DNA of 64,000 nucleotides from a virus: the IMG/VR virus record IMGVR_UViG_3300034107_000725, positions 96,001 through 160,000 of that record, one strand, 5' to 3'. Shown piece by piece: positions 57,051-64,000 of the stretch. Under the pieces are notes generated by a model. It made no database searches. It saw nothing but the letters and a program-made list of their open reading frames with translations, and was not told where the DNA came from. Positions within the stretch are counted from its first letter, which is position 1. Each line of letters starts with the position of its first letter. Position numbers and translations under genes: made by a program.

Positions 57051-58805
57051 ATGGCCATACGTAATAACCACTGGTACAACCTCAACGAACAACATTACTA
57101 CCCGCTGGACGATACCGCATCTGCCATATCTGATGCGGGAGAGCTGTTACCCTCAGCTCTGATAGCCGATCTAAGACTACGATGGCCTATCACCTACGGA
57201 AAGTACGCGTTCATCAGTGCTGCTGCGGTTACGCCTTACCTGGTAACCGTGTTGATTGAGGCCACTGACGATCTGGATAACAACCCAAGCAGCTCAACGC
57301 TGATCGCGGGTGTTACCCTGCCCAAGACCAACCTAACTGTGGGACGTACCTACACGCTAACCCCGTTTCAACCGGGAGTGGGTGGTTATATCGTTATCGG
57401 ATCTGGGATAGCTCAGATCTATAGTGGAAAGTTCAGCACACCACGCCAAGGATTGTTGACACCCCGTGCTGCCCGTGCCAGCCGCCGTCCGCCTGTGCCT
57501 ACAATCGCAATTGAAAATGCGGCCAACTCGCTGAAGAACCTGGTAAACCTGGTTGCAGTACCTCCTCTGTACTTAACTACAGAGACGCGAGTAATCGACG
57601 GTGTCACGTACGACAACGTCATCGTATTTCGACTGTCGCAGGACGATACGAGTCCACTTACGACCGCCACAACTGACTCTATATTTGCTCAGTTTGCCGG
57701 ACCCTGTGGTCGCAGAGTTGGTTCAAACTCATGTCCTGATCCGCAGCCTATTCAGACAATAAATGGTGTGGCAGCCGACTGCGAGGGTGTCATTACTTTA
57801 GACTTCCGCGGTTGTGCTTTGGTGGGGCGTAATACGATAGACTGCGGCGTAGTTATTGACTGTGAGCTTGGGTTATCCGCCAGCTGTGAGCCACCTTATC
57901 TACCTAACCTGACCACTGGCGAGTTGCCAAGTGAATCGCCTCCCGTTGTTATAACTCCTCCGGTGCCGCCGCAACCACCAATTTTTCCCGACTTCAGCAT
58001 CAGCGAGTCTGTGACTACGCTGTTAGCCCTGCCTTACTGTGATACGTTTGATGACGCGACAGCCCACGGCTTCTCTCCTCTTGGTGATTCTCTGTTTGCG
58101 TTCATTTCGGATGATAGTCCTGCCGAACTGTTTTGCTGTGACGGGCCACCGCCTGCCTCTTTGGAATTTCAGTACGGGTGTCAGGATGTTTCGATATCCG
58201 TAAGTGAGTCCGTAAGCATGTCTAACAGTATGGTTGTAGACCACTACTTAGTTAAATATAAAGTCAAAGTGCCGGAGGTCGCCAGCAGCTACGGCACGAT
58301 CGTCCCGGATGCTCAGTCACGTACAAACATATCTCTATTCACGTCAGACGCTCAGTCTTTATATCGAGTGTTTACAACTGACGTTAAGATCGTAGCAGGG
58401 CAGACCGGCAGCTACAAAAACGCTGGGCTGATCATGAACTATCAGCTCAATAACTTTGGGGCTCCTAACTACGTGTTGGCGTTACTGGATCTCGATACCA
58501 GCATCTTTGGCGTTTACTTCTTTAACGGACTGAATTTATTGTCGCTGTCCTCGATTGCGGTAACTGGTGTAAAAGCTGATGATTGGTATCGCATTCAACT
58601 TTCAGCCGTGCCAGATCCGACAACATATACCAGCGTTAAGCTGACTGCGGTTTTGACTGGTGTCACCAACCCAGGCATTTCAGCAACTATAAATACGTAT
58701 CTAGCGTCTAGTCTTTGGAATACCGATGCGGCAAATTCTGGATTTTACGCTCGTAGATCTAAGAGCTACTTCTCTTACTGGCGAATTGATGAGGTGACAC
58801 CGTGA
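57051..58805 (+). CDS. Cys-rich tail-tip paralogue 3 with a C-terminal beta-sandwich (lectin-like) domain
   Basis: WYNLNEQHYYPL; PIQTINGVAADCEG; C-terminal AGLIMNYQ..YVLALLD..DDWYRIQL..GFYA. Confidence 0.5.
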   Translation: MAIRNNHWYNLNEQHYYPLDDTASAISDAGELLPSALIADLRLRWPITYGKYAFISAAAVTPYLVTVLIEATDDLDNNPSSSTLIAGVTLPKTNLTVGRTYTLTPFQPGVGGYIVIGSGIAQIYSGKFSTPRQGLLTPRAARASRRPPVPTIAIENAANSLKNLVNLVAVPPLYLTTETRVIDGVTYDNVIVFRLSQDDTSPLTTATTDSIFAQFAGPCGRRVGSNSCPDPQPIQTINGVAADCEGVITLDFRGCALVGRNTIDCGVVIDCELGLSASCEPPYLPNLTTGELPSESPPVVITPPVPPQPPIFPDFSISESVTTLLALPYCDTFDDATAHGFSPLGDSLFAFISDDSPAELFCCDGPPPASLEFQYGCQDVSISVSESVSMSNSMVVDHYLVKYKVKVPEVASSYGTIVPDAQSRTNISLFTSDAQSLYRVFTTDVKIVAGQTGSYKNAGLIMNYQLNNFGAPNYVLALLDLDTSIFGVYFFNGLNLLSLSSIAVTGVKADDWYRIQLSAVPDPTTYTSVKLTAVLTGVTNPGISATINTYLASSLWNTDAANSGFYARRSKSYFSYWRIDEVTP

Positions 58806-59605
58806 GTGAAATTCGTTTTGCTGAGTTTCTCCCCTCGCTGGAGAACACGCCTTATCCGTTCACTCCAGCCTCCTCGCTTTCTAACGGACAAGTAGCATTC
58901 CTTGAAGGTACTTTTCTGGATGCTCATATCTATGCGATCGAAGGCACAAATCGCTACTACATTTCTAAAGTGGAAGTCACCTCCAGCCAGTTTAATATCA
59001 TAATTGGAGACGCCACAACGGCCTCTCGGTTGACCGGTACTATCTCACTGCCTATCGAAGATTCAGTTGTCCGGCTGGTTGACAATACGGGTCGATCGGG
59101 TGGAGTACTGGTTTCCGAACCGTCTCGTCTGGCCTTGATGGCTGCATGGGGCGTCGGAACCTATACCTTTGAGCGGACTCAAGCAGAGTTTTGTGTCACC
59201 TGTCAGATGCCTGTTCCAGACCCGGGTGTAACAAGTTTCCGCCTGGAGTCCGGTAATGTGTTTAGCGGGCAGGTTTGGTGGGTTGGTGAAGACGGCGTCG
59301 TGCTGTCGGTAGAGACTGCGACAGACAAGCAAGGCGACCCCTATGACGTGGTCCGCGTTGACGTGGTAGGTGACCCACTCTTTCTTCAACGGCTATGCTT
59401 CCCTCGAGATCTGTTCAAACCGATTCTACCTATCCGAAAGATTCGTGTAGTTAACGGTTCAAACATTCGAGACTGTACTCCAGACGAGCAGGGTAACTTC
59501 AGTCTGCAAATGAACGACGCCCTGGCCGCTGATGCGGCTTTGCGAGTACGCACTACGACTGAAGGTATTGTGATTGAAGTCGCAGGATCTACGCCCACTA
59601 TCTGA
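58802..59605 (+). CDS. Tail-tip paralogue 4
   Basis: EFLPSLENTPYPF; PIRKI...PDEQGNFSL; GTGA overlap. Confidence 0.5.
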   Translation: MSEIRFAEFLPSLENTPYPFTPASSLSNGQVAFLEGTFLDAHIYAIEGTNRYYISKVEVTSSQFNIIIGDATTASRLTGTISLPIEDSVVRLVDNTGRSGGVLVSEPSRLALMAAWGVGTYTFERTQAEFCVTCQMPVPDPGVTSFRLESGNVFSGQVWWVGEDGVVLSVETATDKQGDPYDVVRVDVVGDPLFLQRLCFPRDLFKPILPIRKIRVVNGSNIRDCTPDEQGNFSLQMNDALAADAALRVRTTTEGIVIEVAGSTPTI

Positions 59606-59620
59606 TTTTGAAGGATTGCT

Positions 59621-60586
59621 ATGCCACGTCCAGATTTCTTCAACGATAACATCAACCGATCATTCCCGTTTCGCGTCGGTACGGTTGGAATAAATGTACC
59701 GGATGTCGCTACTGATGCTGTGACAATGCTGCAGTTGCCCGATCAATTCATAGCTGACTGCGGATTTATTATGGGACCAGAATCCGGATTTGACGAAAGC
59801 CTACACCACGTTTTTCTGTATGAGATCACAGCATTAGGTGGGGGTTTGATTACTTTTGAATTCCGGTCTGATGTGGATCGCACCCCTCCGTTAAGTTTGA
59901 CATTTACACGGACACTGGAAGACCCACTCTATACAACTGAATTTGTTGAAGCAGAGCCCGAGTTTGAGTGCGATGAACCACCTTGGTCTGGGTATCTGGT
60001 GACTGGAGATATGTTAAAGGTGGCGGACAGGCTCTTCTCGGTCAGTTACATTCGAAGATCTGCAGACACTCAAACAATTGTCGAACCTGCTTTGATTCAA
60101 AATTTGAATGAAAATCAAGTCGTGTCGCTGAATCTTGCAAACGCGGATCGAACAAGGGCAACAACTCCCGAAGACTGTCCCGATTATGCTTGGTCTTTTA
60201 CTCCACAACCAATCTACGTATACCGTAAATGTCTGCAAGGCGATCTACGCTTACGTGCAGGCTATAACGTGTCCATCAGCCAAAACACTTTGAGTAACAC
60301 CATCCAGTTTTCAGCAATTTTACGGGCTGGGTTGGGCGAGCCTTGTGAAGAAGTTAAACTGTTTCCAGAAGAAACATCTCCAATCGGGTCTACGAATGGA
60401 TTGTTGGAGGGTGACTTTTACTGCAATGAAGTGTTGCGTTCGATCAACGGTGTTCAAGGCCCTGCACTGACTATCTTTGCCGGTTCAGGAGTTACGATCA
60501 CGCCGGACTTCGGCTACGGTATAATTATCGTAGACGTTGACTTGGCCGATTTGTCCCTATGCACATATTCTGCGGTGTCAGTCTAA
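59621..60586 (+). CDS. Tail-tip paralogue 5
   Basis: DFFNDNINRSFPF; GDLRLRAGYNV; LRSINGVQG. Confidence 0.5.
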   Translation: MPRPDFFNDNINRSFPFRVGTVGINVPDVATDAVTMLQLPDQFIADCGFIMGPESGFDESLHHVFLYEITALGGGLITFEFRSDVDRTPPLSLTFTRTLEDPLYTTEFVEAEPEFECDEPPWSGYLVTGDMLKVADRLFSVSYIRRSADTQTIVEPALIQNLNENQVVSLNLANADRTRATTPEDCPDYAWSFTPQPIYVYRKCLQGDLRLRAGYNVSISQNTLSNTIQFSAILRAGLGEPCEEVKLFPEETSPIGSTNGLLEGDFYCNEVLRSINGVQGPALTIFAGSGVTITPDFGYGIIIVDVDLADLSLCTYSAVSV

Positions 60587-63130
<2,544 letters not shown>

Positions 63131-63155
63131 CTGCCATACCTGAAGAAGGCTAGCG

Positions 63156-63518
63156 ATGTCCGGTAACGACTATATCTCGTTTTATGTGGCTATGGAAGAT
63201 CCGGAGAACACGGAACCCGTCATCTCGGCGTACTGTGTTCTCACGGAAACTCATATGAATTACGAAACCCAAGCACTGATTATCGTGTATCAATGCTGGC
63301 GTACCAAAGAAGCCTACCTGGCCAAGCGTAAACCGTTTAACAAAATTCAAGTCAACCTGGCTCCAGATGAAGGGGGTAAAGAATTTTTCAACGGCACGGA
63401 TACACGCGAGGCCAGTCACAAGTTTGGCAATCTTCTGCGTAATTGGTGTCTCAGTGTGAGCAAAGATTTGAGACAGGCAGTCTGTGCTAACACAGAAGAG
63501 CTGAACACCGATGGCTAA
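63156..63518 (+). CDS. Hypothetical protein
   Basis: 120 aa ORF after the fibre gene (possible fibre chaperone). Confidence 0.55.
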   Translation: MSGNDYISFYVAMEDPENTEPVISAYCVLTETHMNYETQALIIVYQCWRTKEAYLAKRKPFNKIQVNLAPDEGGKEFFNGTDTREASHKFGNLLRNWCLSVSKDLRQAVCANTEELNTDG

Positions 63519-64000
63519 GACTCGATTAATACTCCGGCATAAGTGGGCACTGGGTGACACGATCCTGCTGACCGCACTGGTTCGTGATATTCACAGAGCT
63601 TACCCTGATCAATATGAAATCATGGTAGACACCCACTGGACCAATGTCTGGTGGAATAACCCATACGTCACCAAGTTTGATCCGGCTAGCCTGCCTAAAC
63701 CGATACAAGTAGAGGTTGGCTGGGGTGACGCCATTCGCTGGAACAGCTATGCTCGCTATGGTGAGCGGCGTGAGATGAAACACATTCTGGCGTGGTACCA
63801 CTACAACTTTGGACTTAAGACTGGGATCGACGTTCCAGTTACAGATCCTCGCCCTGACCTGCACATGGACGAGCAGGAGAAAGTTCGTAGAGTTGAAGGC
63901 CGCTATTGGGTGATTATGTCTGGCGGTAAGTTAGACATGACAGTAAAGCACTGGCATGCCCACAGAGCTCAAGAGGTTGTCGATAAACTCGCAGCTCGTG
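63511..64000 (+). CDS. GT9-family (heptosyltransferase-like) glycosyltransferase, 3'-truncated; absent from the ORF track
   Basis: My translation from ATG 63511: MAKTRLILRHKWALGDTILLTALVRDIHRAYPDQYEI..TNVWWNNPYV...SGGKLDMTVKHW; LGD.ILLT.LVR and NNPYV are GT9 hallmarks; no stop before the window end. Confidence 0.75.
   Translation, partial: MAKTRLILRHKWALGDTILLTALVRDIHRAYPDQYEIMVDTHWTNVWWNNPYVTKFDPASLPKPIQVEVGWGDAIRWNSYARYGERREMKHILAWYHYNFGLKTGIDVPVTDPRPDLHMDEQEKVRRVEGRYWVIMSGGKLDMTVKHWHAHRAQEVVDKLAAR

Overview
The whole 64 kb is the virion structural and assembly region of a large contractile-tailed (myovirus-type) dsDNA bacteriophage. Every credible gene is on the + strand, tightly packed, and reads in the standard genetic code. 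Gene order: head-interior proteins, prohead protease, scaffold-like proteins, decoration protein and major capsid protein (1-8.5 kb); a 3030-aa Pro-poor Thr/Ser collagen-like fibre flanked by three glycosyltransferase fusion genes (8.6-24.4 kb); neck, tail terminator, sheath, tube, spike, tail chaperones with a -1 frameshift site and a 1667-aa tape measure (24.4-40 kb); baseplate genes with an embedded sigma70-family factor (40-46.4 kb); a protease and membrane-protein cassette with an MMP-like zymogen and a papain-like peptidase (46.4-50.3 kb); further baseplate genes, five tandem Cys-rich paralogues, a Cys/Pro-repeat plus collagen fibre and a truncated GT9-like glycosyltransferase (50.3-64 kb). 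No portal, terminase, replication genes, tRNA, rRNA, CRISPR array or canonical endolysin was recognised. The strongest leads are a K-x-A motif that looks like a prohead-protease processing code, a probable virion collagen glycosylation system, a cysteine-switch matrix metalloproteinase in a possible non-canonical lysis cassette, and a dispersed AAWTCCGGAWTT palindrome. All protein assignments come from motif recognition by eye; no database searches were run.
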